Position numbers and translations under genes: made by a program
Assembly: GCF_004010195.1 (NCBI RefSeq)
Contig: NC_057720.1
Coordinates: forward strand, 28,807,986-28,871,985
Origin: Chiloscyllium plagiosum
Lineage: Eukaryota
Length of the DNA stretch: 64,000 nucleotides
Direction of reading: 5' to 3'
Shown here: piece by piece, positions 50,995 through 62,699 of the stretch
Numbering within the stretch: the first letter of the stretch is position 1
Layout of the letters: every line of letters begins with the position of its first letter
The notes under the pieces: generated by a model
The model's input: only the letters and a program-made list of their open reading frames with translations
Database searches by the model: none
Told to the model about the DNA's origin: nothing

Positions 50995-51856
50995 AATCAT
51001 CAGGTCATCAATATACATCACAGTTGGGTAATCCGGCAATGACTTTATTAGTTGGTCTCTGAAATGTGGCCAGAATGTTTTTCATACCAAATGGCACGAC
51101 TTCAAACTGATATAGTCCAGTTGGTGTTACGAAAGATGAAATTGCCTTTGCTCTTTCTGACAAAGGTACCTGCCATTAGCCTCTGAGCAAATCCAACTTA
51201 GAAATGTAAGTTGCTTGTGCCACTTTTTTGACACAGTCCACAAACTGTGGAATTGGATATGCATCAGTCTTTGTAACGGCATTGACTTTGTGACAGTCCA
51301 CACATAACTGTTGGGTACCATCTGGCTTTGACACTGTGACAATGGGTGAGCTCTAGTCACTGTAACTCACTTCAATTATGCAATCTTGCGGCATGCCTTC
51401 TACCTCCTTCTGAACCTGTGCCAACTTTAGAGAGTTATGCCTATAAAGATGTTGATCAGTACAGCATCTCCTATATCTACATCATGTACAATTAGGTTAG
51501 TACTTCCCAGTTTTTTTCCGCATATCTCCCCATGTGATTGTAATAACTCTTTCAGGCCATTTCAGTTTTCTTGTAGAAGGTAACGCAATATCTCAATTTT
51601 TGACAACTTCCTTATTGTCCAATTTGATTTGAGGAATCTCCAATTCAGAATCCTTTGAACTTGGTTCTTGCTTCTGTGCTGTAATTATTAACACCTTCTC
51701 CTTTTGCTTTCCTTCCCTGTCAAAATACCTTTTGAGCATATTCACATGACACACTCTAAGATTTCTTCCTGTCTGGAGTCTTTATCAAGTAGTTCACCTC
51801 ACTCAATTTCCTCTCGATTTGATAAGGTCCACTAAACCTTGCTTTCAAAGGTTCGC

Positions 51857-52743
51857 CTATACTGGAAGTAACACCAATACCTTATCCCCAATGGCAAAAT
51901 TGCGAATTTTTGATTTCTTGGCCACTTCCTGTTTCATTGAATGCTGCAATACTTTTAAATGACGTCTAGCAAACTCTCCAGCTCTATTTAGTCTTTGTCT
52001 AAAATTTGACACATAATCCAAATGTGTGGTCTCTGAATTCTGACTTATTAATTTCTGCTTAATCAACGTTAACAGTCCTGTTACTTCATGCCCAAAACTT
52101 AATTCAAATGGACTGAATTTAGTCAATTCATTTGGTGCATCTCTGATCACAAAAAGCACAACCAGAACTTCCTTATCCTAATCATCCGGATAATCCTGAC
52201 TCCAAGCCCTCAACATGGTCTTTAGTGTTTGATGTCACCTTTCTAGTGCTCCCTGCGATTCCGGATGGTACACGGTAGATTTGAATTGTTTTATTCCTAA
52301 GTTATCCATAACCTCCTTGAATAGTTTGGATGTGAAGTTTGACCCTTGATCTGACTGGATCTCTATTGATAGCCCATATCTAGTAAAACATTTGAGTTAT
52401 TCTTTTCAACCTTTTTAGCTGTGATATTTTATAATGGGACTGTCTCAGGAAATCTAGTCGATATACCCATTATTGTTAATAAATACTTATTCCCACCTTT
52501 TTGTTTGAGGTAGGGGACCTACATAATCAAGACACTTGTGAAAGGTTCCCAAATAGGTATTAAGGGTGCAGGTTTTATTACTGCCTTTGGTTTTCTGATT
52601 AGCTGACATGTATGACACATCTGGCACAATCCAACTACATTCATGTGTAGTCCAGGCCAGTAAAAGTGTCTTTGTATTTTAGCCTGTGTTTTCCTTACTG
52701 CCAAATGATCTCCAAGTGTTAGCTCATGCACAACATGCAGCAC
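51857..52743 (-). pseudogene. Gypsy integrase (HHCC zinc finger + core), disrupted
   Basis: HELTLGDHLAVRKT..FYWPG..CQMCHTCQ; IQSDQGSNF; YHPESQGALER; FSPFELSFGHEV. Confidence 0.9.
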
Positions 52744-53064
52744 CTCCTTTCAATATCTGACTGGGAAAATAATTTGATGAACCTTTGCCTATTTCTCATC
52801 TGCTTGCATGTGTGATGGTCTCCATTTCTTCATTAAGGCACCATTTGTTAAGTAATAACGCACAGGGAATGCATTCACTCTCCTTCTCTGTATATGCCTT
52901 TTGATACAACTGCTGGGAATAAGTATTTATTAACAATAATAGGTATATCAACTGGATTTCCTGAGACAGTCCCATTATAAAATATCACAGCTAAAAAAGG
53001 TTGAAAAGAATTACTCAAATGTTTTACTAGATATGGGCTACCAATAGAGATACAGTCAGATCAA

Positions 53065-53965
53065 CTGTCTCCACCGTCTACATCTGCGGGAAGTGCACCC
53101 AACTCCACCTCCTTGAAAATCGTGTTAGGGAATTGAAGCTGGAGCTGGATGAACTGCAGATCATTCAGGAGGCTGAGGGGGTAATTGAGAGGAGTTACTG
53201 GAGTTGGTCACTCCTGAGGCTCAGGATAAGGATAGATGGATTACAGTCAGGGGGAGGAAAGGGGACAGACAGACAGTGCAGAGATCCCCTGTGAACATTC
53301 CCCTCAGCAATAAGTATATCATTTTGGATACTGTTCGGGGGGATGACCTGCCAGAGGAAAGCCATAGTGGTCAGTTCTCTGGCACTGAGCCTGACACTGT
53401 GGCCCAGAAGGGAAGGGGGCAGAATAGAAAAGCGCTAGTGGTAGGAGACTCAATTGTTAGGAGAATTGACAGGAGATTTTGTGGTCAGGATCGGGATTCC
53501 CGGAAGGTATGTTGCCTCCCTGGTGCCAGGGTCCGGGACGTCTCCGATCGGGTGTATAAGATTCTGAAAGGGGAGGGCGAACAGCTAGAAATCGTGTTAC
53601 ATATTGGCAACAATGATATAGCCAGGAAAAGGATCGAGGATGTAAAAAGTGATTTCAGGGAGTTAGGGTGGAAGCTGCAGAGCAGGACGAACAGAGTAGG
53701 GTTCTCGGGTTTACTACCGGTGCCACGAGATAGCGAGGCGAGGAACAGGGAGCGGGCGCAGCTTAGCATGTGGCTGCGCAGCTGGTGTAGGTTGGAGGGC
53801 TTCAGATATGTAGATAATTGGGATGCCTTCTGGGGAAGGTGGGACCTGTACATGAAGGACGGGGTTGCATCTGAACTGGAAGGGGACCAATGTCCTGGGG
53901 GGAAGGTTTGCTCGAGTGGTTCAGGAGGGTTTAAACTAGTATGGCAGGGGGGTGGGAACCTGAGC
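53065..53965 (+). pseudogene. CR1 ORF1: zinc-finger/leucine-zipper plus SGNH (GDSL-like) esterase
   Basis: ORF 53204-4103 contains LVVGDS, CLPGA, HIGNND and DG(L)H blocks; frameshifted near both ends. Confidence 0.88.
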
Positions 53966-56430
53966 TATATACCAGGCAGGAATGGTTGCTGGATGTTCCA
54001 GGGTTTAGAACATTTAAAAAGAATAGGGAAGGGGGAAAAGAGGAGGGGGTGTAGCGCTGCTAATCAGAGAGGGTATCACAGCTACAGAAGCTTCCATTGT
54101 TGAGGAGGGTCTGCCTACTGAGTCAGTATGGGTGGAAATTAGGAACAGTAAGGGAGCAGTCACCTCATTAGGGGTTTACTACAGGGCCCCCCAATAAAAG
54201 CAGGGAGATTGAAGAAAGCATAGGTCGGCAGATTTTGGAAAAGTGTGAATGTAGTAGGGTTGTTGTGACTTTAACTTTCCCAATATTGATTGGAACCTTA
54301 TTCGAGCAGATGTTTTGGAAGGAGCTGTTTTTGTAAGGTGCGTTCAGACGGGTCTCCTAACTCAGTTCGTTGACAGGCCGACGAGGGGAGAGGCCATTTT
54401 GGATTTGATGCTCGGCAATGAGCCGGGGCAGGTGTCAGATCTTGCAGGGGGAGAGCATTTTGGTGATAGTGACCACAACTGCCTCACATTCTACATAGCT
54501 ATGGAGAAGGAGAGAAGCAGGCACAATGGGAGGATATTTAATTGGGGAAAAGGAAACTATGATGCTATCAGATGTGAGTTGGGAAGCATGGACTCAGAGC
54601 AATAGTTCCATGGTAAAGGACACTATAGACATGTGGAGACTGTTTAAGGAACATTTGTTGCGAGTGATGCGTAAGTGTGTTCCTCTGAGACAGGCAAGAA
54701 GGGGTAAGATAAAGGAACCTTGGATGACGAGAGCGGAGGAGCTTCTCGTCAAAAGAAAGAAGGCATTTTACGTAAGGTGGAGGAAGCAAGGGTCTTGCTC
54801 AGGTCTAGAGGATTAAAGGCAGGTGAGGAAGGAGCTCAAAAATGGTCTGAGGAGAGCTAGGAGGGGGCATGAAAAAGGCTTGGCAGGAAGGATTAGGGAG
54901 AATCCAAAGGCATTTTACACGTATGTGAGAAACAAGAGAATGATCAAAGGAAGAGTAGGGCCAATCAGGGATAGCATAGGGAGCTTGTGTATAGAGTCTG
55001 AGGAGATAGGGGAAGCTCTAAATGGGTTTTTTGCTTCTGTCTTTACCAAAGAAAAGGATCTTGTAGTGAATGAAACCATTGAGGAGCAGGTAAGCATGCT
55101 GGAACAGATAGAGATTGAGGAAGCTGATGTGCTGAAAATTTTGACAAACATTAAGATTGACAAGTCGCCAGGGCCAGACCAGATTTGTCCTCGGCTGCTT
55201 TGGGAAGCAAGAAATGTGATTGCTTCGCCGCTTGCAAAGATCTTTGCATCCTCGCACTCCACCGGAGTCGTACCTGAGGACTGGAGGGAGGCAAATGTAA
55301 TTCCTCTTTTCAAGAAAGGAAACAGGGAAATCCCTGGCAATTACAGACCAGTCAGTCTCATGGCTGTCATCTGCAAGGTGTTAGAAAGGATTCTGAGGGA
55401 TAGGATTTATGACCATCTGGAAGAGCATGACTTGATTAAATGCAGTCAACACGTCTTTGTGAGGGGCAGGTCATGCCTCACAAATCTTATTGAGTTCTTT
55501 GAGGATGTTGCTAGATAAGTTGATGAGGGTCGAGCGATGGATGTGGTGTATATGGACTTCAGCAAGGCATTTGATAAGGTTCCCCATGTAGGCTCGTTCA
55601 GAAGGTCAGGAGGAATGGGATACAGGGAAATTTAGCTATCTGGTTACAGAATTGGCTAGTCGACAGAAGACAGTGAGTGGTAGTGGAAGGAAAGTACTCT
55701 GCCTGGAAGTCTGTGGTGAGTGGTGTTCCACAGGGCTCTGTTCTTGGGCCTCTNNNNNNNNAGGATTCTTGGCAGTGTGGAGGAACAGCGGGATCTTGGT
55801 GTGTAGGTACATAGATCCCTTAAAATTGCCACCCAAGTGGACTGGGTTGTTAAGAAAGCAAATGGTGTTTTGGCTTTCATTAACAGGGGAATTGAGTTTG
55901 AGATCTTGTTGCAGCTCTATAAAACTTTGGTTAGACTGCACTTGAATACTGTGTCCAGTTCTGGTCGCCCTATTATAGGAAAGATGTAGATGCTTTGGAG
56001 AGGGTTCAGAGGAAGTTTACCAGGATGTTGTCTGGAATGGCAGGCTTCTCTTACGAAGAGAGGTTGACTGAGCTCAGACTTTTTTCATTGGAAAAAAGGA
56101 GGAAGAGAGGGGACCTAATTGAGGTGTACAAGATAATGAGAGGCATAGATAGAGCTGATAGCCAGAGACTTTTTCCCAGGGCAGAAATTGTTAACACGAG
56201 GGGTCATAGTTTTAAGCTGTTTAACAGGGAGTTGTGAGAGCATGGAATGCATAGCCAGCAGCAGTTGTGGAAGCGAAGTCATTGGGGATATTAAAGAGAC
56301 TACCGGACATGTATGTGGTCACAGAAATTTGAGGGTTCGTACATTAGGTTTACCTTACATGAGGATCAATGGTCAGCACAACATCGTGGGCTGAAGGGCC
56401 TGTCCTGTGCTGTACTGTTCTATGTTCTAT
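53065..56430 (+). mobile_element. Near-full-length CR1 LINE inserted in Gmr1 pol (ORF1 plus disrupted EN-RT ORF2; N gap at 55754-55761)
   Basis: ORF1 YICGKC plus heptad repeat and esterase; ORF2 GGVALLI, DFNFPNIDW, PTRGEAILDL, SDHN, KSPGPDQI, GNYRPVSL, DFSKAFDKVP; (TTCTATG)n tail. Confidence 0.95.
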
Positions 56431-57918
56431 GCTTTAAGTTCTCATCTTTCTGCTGTAACTCAATAAGCTGAGCTGAGCTAAAGATACTTGCATGTTTATC
56501 TATTTGCTTCTGTTCTGTCCCACTTATCTGATCAAAGAAAAGTCTTTGATAATGCTACTTCAGCTTCCTTATCTGTGCCTTTTGATCTCTCCTCCTTCAA
56601 CTTGTGACTCTGTGATCTCGCTACTACACAATCAGGGAAGATTCCCAAATAAGACTCCTGCAGTTCTTCAGTGGCTTGAGTCTCCACTAGCTTTTCAACT
56701 GGAGTAAGCAGCACACCTACCGTGAATCAGCTGTTATCATTTGCAAGGACACATTGTATTCCTGAAGCTGAGAGTTTCTCCACTATTCTTACCACAAATT
56801 CTCCTCTCTTTTCTGGACTCTCCAGTCTCAATTTACTTAAATGAGCACTTTTTGTATCACTATGAATTCCCGTTACCAGCACCTTTTCTGACAATACTCC
56901 TTCAGGAGTACACATCACTTCACCCTTCAACATCACAGACTCAGAGGATCCTGTGTCCTGTAACCTCTTTGCCTGCTATTCCTGGCCTATGAGAATTAAC
57001 TTTGCCCTTGCATGCATATTTTTTAAGCAAATCAGGCATGTCCTCCTTAACCAACCTCCGATCATCTTGTACACTCTGAGGCAGTTGTCTAACTTCCTTT
57101 CTGGTTTCTGTTACCAGTCCAACAAAATTCCCAGGCTTGTCTGGTTTTCCTACATCTGGCTTTCTCCTAGCCCACCAACACTGTGATTTAATGTGGCCCA
57201 CTTTATTACAATGAAAACACTGGAGCTTTTTACCTTCTTTGTCCCCCTCAAGGGTTTCTTTTTTACCCTGTAGTAAGTTATCATTATGATCTTCACTGAG
57301 ATCTACCTTTCCCTATCCACGTGAGGATTTCTCTTTGCCCCAATTTCTATCCCTCATGGACTGAAATTGATTCTGGAAGCCAAACCGAGTTTTATGGACC
57401 AGCTCATAATCATCAGCCCCTTCAGCTGCTAAAGTTGCCATTTTAACTCTCTGCTCTTCCACATGAGTTCACACTACTTCAGGCAGTGAATTTTTGAATT
57501 CCTCCAAAAATAATTACCTCTCTCAGGGCATCGTAGGTTTGCTCTATTTCTAAAGCTCTTATCAATCTATCGAAATTACTCTGATCACTTAAAACTCAAT
57601 ATAGGTTTGACCGGGGTCCCTCCTTAGATTCCTGAAATGTTGTCTATAGGATCCTGGAATAAGCTCATATGAACTTAAGATGGCTTTTTTCATCTCCTTT
57701 TACTCCCCAGATACCTTCTCTGACAGTGATGCGAAGACCTCACTAGCCCTACCTACAAGTTTTATTTGGATCAACAAAGCCCACATGGTCACGGGTCACT
57801 GCATTTGTTTAGCCACTTTTTTTAAAATGAGATATACGGGTGTCATCAAATGTAGAGATGGAAATGTGTTGCTGGAAAAGCGCAGCAGGTCAGGCAGCAT
57901 CTAGGGAACAGGAGAATC

Positions 57919-57946
57919 GACGTTTCGGGCATTAGCCCTTCTTCAG
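57919..57946 (-). ncRNA. Minimal hammerhead ribozyme core (left arm)
   Basis: CUGAAGA-A-GGGC-UAAU-GCCC-GAA-ACGU-C. Confidence 0.68.
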
Positions 57947-57977
57947 GAATGAGGAAAGTTGGTCCAGCAGGCTAAGC

Positions 57978-58005
57978 CTGAAGAAGGGCTAATGCCCGAA
58001 ACGTC
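57978..58005 (+). ncRNA. Minimal hammerhead ribozyme core (right arm)
   Basis: CUGAAGA-A-GGGC-UAAU-GCCC-GAA-ACGU-C; the 5' strand of stem I is lost at the junction. Confidence 0.62.
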
Positions 58006-58712
58006 GATTCTCCTGTTCCCTAGATGCTGCCTGACCTGCTGCGCTTTTCCAGCAACACATTTCCATCTCTGATCTCCAGCATCTGCAGACCTCACTTTGT
58101 CATCAAATGTAGGCAATGCTTGAATATACTTAAACGGTTTCTCATCAGGCTTTTGCCCACCATGGGTTTGCTTATTCCCACTCTGTTCCTCACTAGACTT
58201 GCTTCCAGCCTTTATCTCCATCCTTTTAAGCTGACTTTCCTTTTTAAGTGTCAGTTTTGAAGTTCAAACTCTCTCTCTCTTTTTCTTTCTCTTCTGCAAA
58301 AGCCATTTGTTCTTTTTCTTTTTCTTTCTCTTCTGCTTTTAACCGTAACTCAAACTGTTTCATTTCTGCTGCCCTTTCCTTATCACTCACCTCTAACTTA
58401 AGCTGCTTCATTTGCAATTGAACTCTTTGCCATCTATATAGATCCTGATGAATTTTCCAGCAAATTTAAAATGTTGACCAACTGCTGTAATCATCTCTCC
58501 TTTCCTCACAGAAGGAGACAGCTCTGACCCAAGCTTGTTTGCTAATTCCAGCAGTTTGTCCTTAACCACCTTCTGTAAAACTATTAAATTCACCTCAACC
58601 ACCAACAGAAAACTCGTGGCAACTAAAAGAGCCATTGCTATTCCGAGCTTTTACTACCCAACCAAACCAACACCTGAAATAAAGACACTCGCACCTACCA
58701 CTCGCTGCTTAA

Positions 58713-58731
58713 ATCCCGCAAAGAGCCCCCA
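58713..58731 (-). other. Primer-binding site, tRNA-Pro type
   Basis: Minus-strand TGGGGGCTCTTTGCGGGAT, 3 bp inside the 5' LTR; the canonical tRNA-Pro PBS is TGGGGGCTCGTCCGGGAT. Confidence 0.85.
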
Positions 58732-58734
58732 GTC

Positions 58735-59373
58735 TGTTATGGACTAGGCCAGACCACTCAAAACACTCTTAAACAGGCAGCTCAGACCACAACTTTGCAA
58801 TTTGTTTCAGTAAGTGTACAGTGAAAATTACCAGAAGTATGTTAGCTAGGTTGACTACCAGGTTTTAAAACGGACAAAAGTTTATTCACAAAATTACAGA
58901 ATGAAACGCAAAGAACAGAATATAGAATACCCACAGAATTCAGTCTATTCAAACTAGACCTAATTATGCTGTTCCGAAAAATATGTGCAACAGTCCCAAT
59001 AAATAAACCCCTTAAACACAGAGCAAAAATGAAACAAAGACTTACAGGTCAAAGTTAGAAGGGCAGAAGGAGAGAGAGTCTAGTAGCCTGTTTCACACAC
59101 AGCTTCTGCTGCACTGACTCAAACAAGACTTCAGCTTTTATGACCGACCACTACTCTTTCTTTGTACAGGTCACTTCTAAAACATAAAAGGTTTGGCCTC
59201 AAGTCTCATCTGTTTACATCTCAATAAAAAGGCCTCTCAGTAAACCCTTTCATCTCTGTACCAAACAGTCATTTCGGAGCCCATAGTGTTTTGCGGCCCC
59301 TCTGAAAAAGCCAAGGACACAGTATCTTTGAGAAAAAGAACAGCTTTTAGAAAAAAGGACCAGCATTGTGACA
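58735..59373 (-). repeat. 5' LTR of the Gmr1-like element
   Basis: TG...CA termini; colinear with 49903-50533. Confidence 0.92.
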
Positions 59374-59424
59374 CCCGTATAACTGAAGCATAGCCCTCCT
59401 AGATATTTTCTAATTAACCAGAAC

Positions 59425-59518
59425 AGAGATGTCATCACACACCTCTAGAGCTAGTGGGATTTGAACCCAGGCCTCTTGGCTGAGAGGTGGGGACACTACT
59501 TCTGCACCACAAGAGCCT
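59425..59518 (-). mobile_element. tRNA-derived SINE head (third type)
   Basis: Minus-strand GTGGTGCAGAAGTAGTG... and B-box GGGTTCAAATCCC. Confidence 0.55.
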
Positions 59519-60274
59519 CAATCAAAGATCGAACCAGGAACCTTTAAACCTTCAGACAAACAGAGCTATTTTAGCTGATGTCAGCATGGTCTTTTTATGC
59601 TGTTTAATTGCCCCAACCATCATTGATAACATTCTGTCAGATTACCTTATTATTTATTGGGCTCAATCTTAAGTTTTCTGGCTAAATCTCAGTTGGTCGG
59701 GTTTTAAGGAGGGTTTATTGCCTTAACACATAGAGAGCTCTTGTTGTATCTTACCAAACCTGCCTCATTAATTGCCTACCCGCTCCTATGGTGTCCATCT
59801 CATATGATTCTACCTCCATTTTGCCACACACTGTTTCTGGAGCAATTCACTGCTCAGCGGATATCTGCTAAAAGACTAGCATCATGGTGCCTGCATCATC
59901 TTTGAAAGTCTGTTATGTACCTGGACAAGCATTGACAATCTGGCATTGATTCTCACCAACAATCTAATGGCATAACAGCCTCAAAGCTACACTGTGCACA
60001 ATGCATACCCCACATGGCTAGTATTCCCTTGCTAGTACAGCTCTCTTCTCTTACCCGAGTTGCTGTTTAAACACCAAGCAGCACAGATTATCGGAGTTTA
60101 CCATCATCCTAACTAAACACCCTCCCTAAGCCACTGCTACTCTGTCCCCAGAGCCCATGGTAGACTTAGTCATTGTCCTGGAGATGAGCATTTATTTCCA
60201 TGTAGCAAAAATGAACACAAACACGTCCCACAATGCAAACCAAATGTCATCGTGCCCATTCTACATTCCATAAA

Positions 60275-60420
60275 GGCAAAATAGTACAGATGCTGGAAAT
60301 CAGAAACAACCACAGAGAATGCTGGAAAAACTCAATAGATCTCGTAGCATCTGGAGAGAGAGAAAAAGAGTCAATGTTCTGAGTCTGGTATGACTTTTCT
60401 TCATAACTCTTCTTCAGTAG
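60275..60420 (-). mobile_element. Old PLE pseudo-LTR fragment
   Basis: CAGATGCTGGAAATCAGAAAC..GCTGGAAAAACTCA..GCATCTGGAGAGAG, similar to 40270-40365. Confidence 0.65.
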
Positions 60421-60479
60421 TTCAGTGAACAACGCTAAGTGGAGTGAGGAAGTACAAGGATTATTACAGAACATAAAAC

Positions 60480-60970
60480 CCAGACATCTAAAGACACAGG
60501 TGTGAATGAGGAGGCACAAGGAATGGGGAAATATTAAAACAAACGAGTCAGATGAACTTTAGGGTGAGGTCTTTGTGGGAGGTGATTGATGTAGGGAGGA
60601 GTGCAGCCATGAAGGGGATTTAAATATGAGGATGATATTTTAAATGAATGGCATTTGAGGATTAGCAGCGAACGTAGGTCAGCAAACTTAGTGAACGTGG
60701 GATTTTGTGTGGAGTAGGAACTGAGCTGTGAGTTTTTGATGTGTTAAAATGAACAGAGAATAAAGAGAGGCAGGTTGACAGATGATCTGGGGTAGGATGT
60801 AAACAAACAGAATTTTCGATGAGCTGAAATTAGTGTAGGAAAGTGGGAGGATAGCCAGAATTCTCATTCAGGGGACAATAATGACATGGATGAGGGCTTT
60901 GTTAGCAGATGGTCAATGACAGAAGAACTGTTAGCATTTTCTGTTTTAAAATTGGATCATGCTTGTTATC
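60480..60970 (-). mobile_element. Old L2-like LINE fragment
   Basis: Pattern recognition only (GGATTTAAATATGAGGATGA..TTTTAAA...GTAGGTCAGCAA); no clean ORF. Confidence 0.45.
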
Positions 60971-62699
60971 AAACCTAAAGGGGATAATATGATTAATTTG
61001 TGACTCTCATCCTAGCTCATAGAGCAGTTTTTTCTCTTTAAATTTAGTGGATATCCTACAGAATGACAAATGAAACATTTTTCTTTCCCCTCAGACAAAT
61101 GTTACAATTATTGGCACCTCTGCTGTGAACATTGCAATCGATGAGGCATAAATACAACAAACTGAGGCTTTTCCATAAAGAATGAGACCTTCTCGATGCT
61201 GAACCCAAATGTATTGTTCCTTGGCAGAAAATCCTAAAATGTGCCCACAAGGATATTTCTTTGCAGCCACTGCCAGACAACTATTGGGTCTAGACTAATC
61301 TTTATAGGGAATAAATGTCTGCATTTTTGCTAAATGCTAATAGTGTGCTTCATCAGATGCCTGCGAAAGTGCAAAGGCCTGATATTTGCTTTCAGCTTTG
61401 TATTAATGTTAGTCCAGAAAGTTTTCCACTTGACAGTAGAAACAAATTATAAGCTTGCAGAGATCAGTCTTTTTGTCTCTTTAGCATTCAAGGTAGTTCT
61501 TTGTTAAAAGAAAATCTGCTTTTATTGCTTTCACATCACGAAATATCAACCCCAAGTAATGCAGTGGGATAAGAAATTCCCCCCAAATTGCTGAGAAACA
61601 GCTGCCTTCAAACCATTTTCTAGTTGCAGCAGACGGACACAGGAAATCTTTTTTTAAAATCTTTATCTCCTTATGAAGTAGAGTCTGTATTCCACTTGGT
61701 ACCTTTCGAGAAAAAGTTGCAGGTGAAGTTGTGAAACGTTATGCCCAAACGTACAATCAGACTTGGATTGGATAGGGATTGGTAAGTGTAACTGGGATTT
61801 GTTTAAAGTGGGATATTATTCCCATTTTCTGAAGGTAGGCCAATGCAGAAATTTTCTGTCCATCCTCTCACGTCATGGGTCATGTTTTCAAATGGTCTCG
61901 CCTATCTGTAAGTGCAAAAGAAGTCAACTGAGAGATGGAGTGAGACCAAAGGAGGCATATATAGGTATGTAAACTAGTATTGAAAGAAAGTAATCAACCC
62001 TAGAAAGGAATCAATTCACTTCTCCAGGAAAGTCATCGAGTTATACAGCATGGAAGTAGACCCTTTGGTCCAACTCTGTGAGAACAGGAATACCAAAGAG
62101 GACACATTTCTTGACGCTTTTTTGGGCTTGGTCCTCAGGATCAGAAAGGTGTGATTCTGTTTTGGCATCATCCACCAGTGTGCAATCTGTCTCCATTTAA
62201 ATAGTGCACTGCTTTTCTATTCTTCCAGCTAAAGTGGACAAGTTCACATTTTTTTCCATATTAAATTCCAGCTGCCAAACATTTCCTCATTCAGTTAATT
62301 TATCTGCATCCCCTTCTGTAGATTCTTTACTGCTTCTTGACAACTTACTTTCTTACCTATCTTAATGTCATCAACAAATTTAACAACCATACATTCACTC
62401 ATTGATTTTACAGTGCACATATACTATCAACACTGGTCCTTGTGGCACTTCTCTATTCATTGACTCTCATCGTATAAATAGCCCATTTATCCTTACTCTC
62501 TGCCTTCTCATTAGTTAATCAATCTTCCATCCAAACAAATACATCATCCCGGTGCCATGGACTCTTATTTTGCACTGTAAATCACCGAATGACTGAGACA
62601 TCTCTATTTTGGTCTGTTCCACATGTTGAATTCAACTTATAAGCTTGGACATTGTCAATCAGATTGTCTTTCTATCTAGGTTTGAGAGGTTTATAAAGT

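Larger units (their letters stand above)
57856..58097. mobile_element. Young fold-back PLE pseudo-LTR insertion with perfect 94-bp arms and 15-bp TSD
   Basis: 57854-57947 is the exact reverse complement of 57977-58070; TGTCATCAAATGTAG at 57841-57855 and 58098-58112. Confidence 0.96.
57170..58635 (-). pseudogene. Gmr1-like gag (SCAN-like region + CCHC knuckle), disrupted
   Basis: MALLVATSFL start; ALPTFDD; WALLIQIKLVGRASEVFASL; IFLEEFKNSLP; CFHCNKVGHIKSQC. Confidence 0.85.
49903..59373 (-). mobile_element. Complete two-LTR Gypsy retrotransposon with Gmr1-type order gag-PR-INT-RT-RH; decayed, with nested insertions
   Basis: Direct LTRs TGTTATGG...TGT(C/G)ACA; 4-bp TSD CCTG/CCCG; PBS and PPT; CCHC knuckle 57178-57219; protease LQDTGS near 56950; integrase 52743-51857; RT YIDD near 51010. 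Confidence 0.93.

Noticed and set aside
53204..54103. Longest ORF (299 aa) as a host GDSL lipase/esterase gene
   Set aside because: It is CR1 ORF1: directly followed by EN-RT ORF2 and a CR1 tail, frameshifted, and nested in an LTR element.
55754..55761. Missing RT core (FADD region) in the large CR1 as a biological deletion
   Set aside because: It coincides with an 8-N assembly gap, so the true sequence is unknown.
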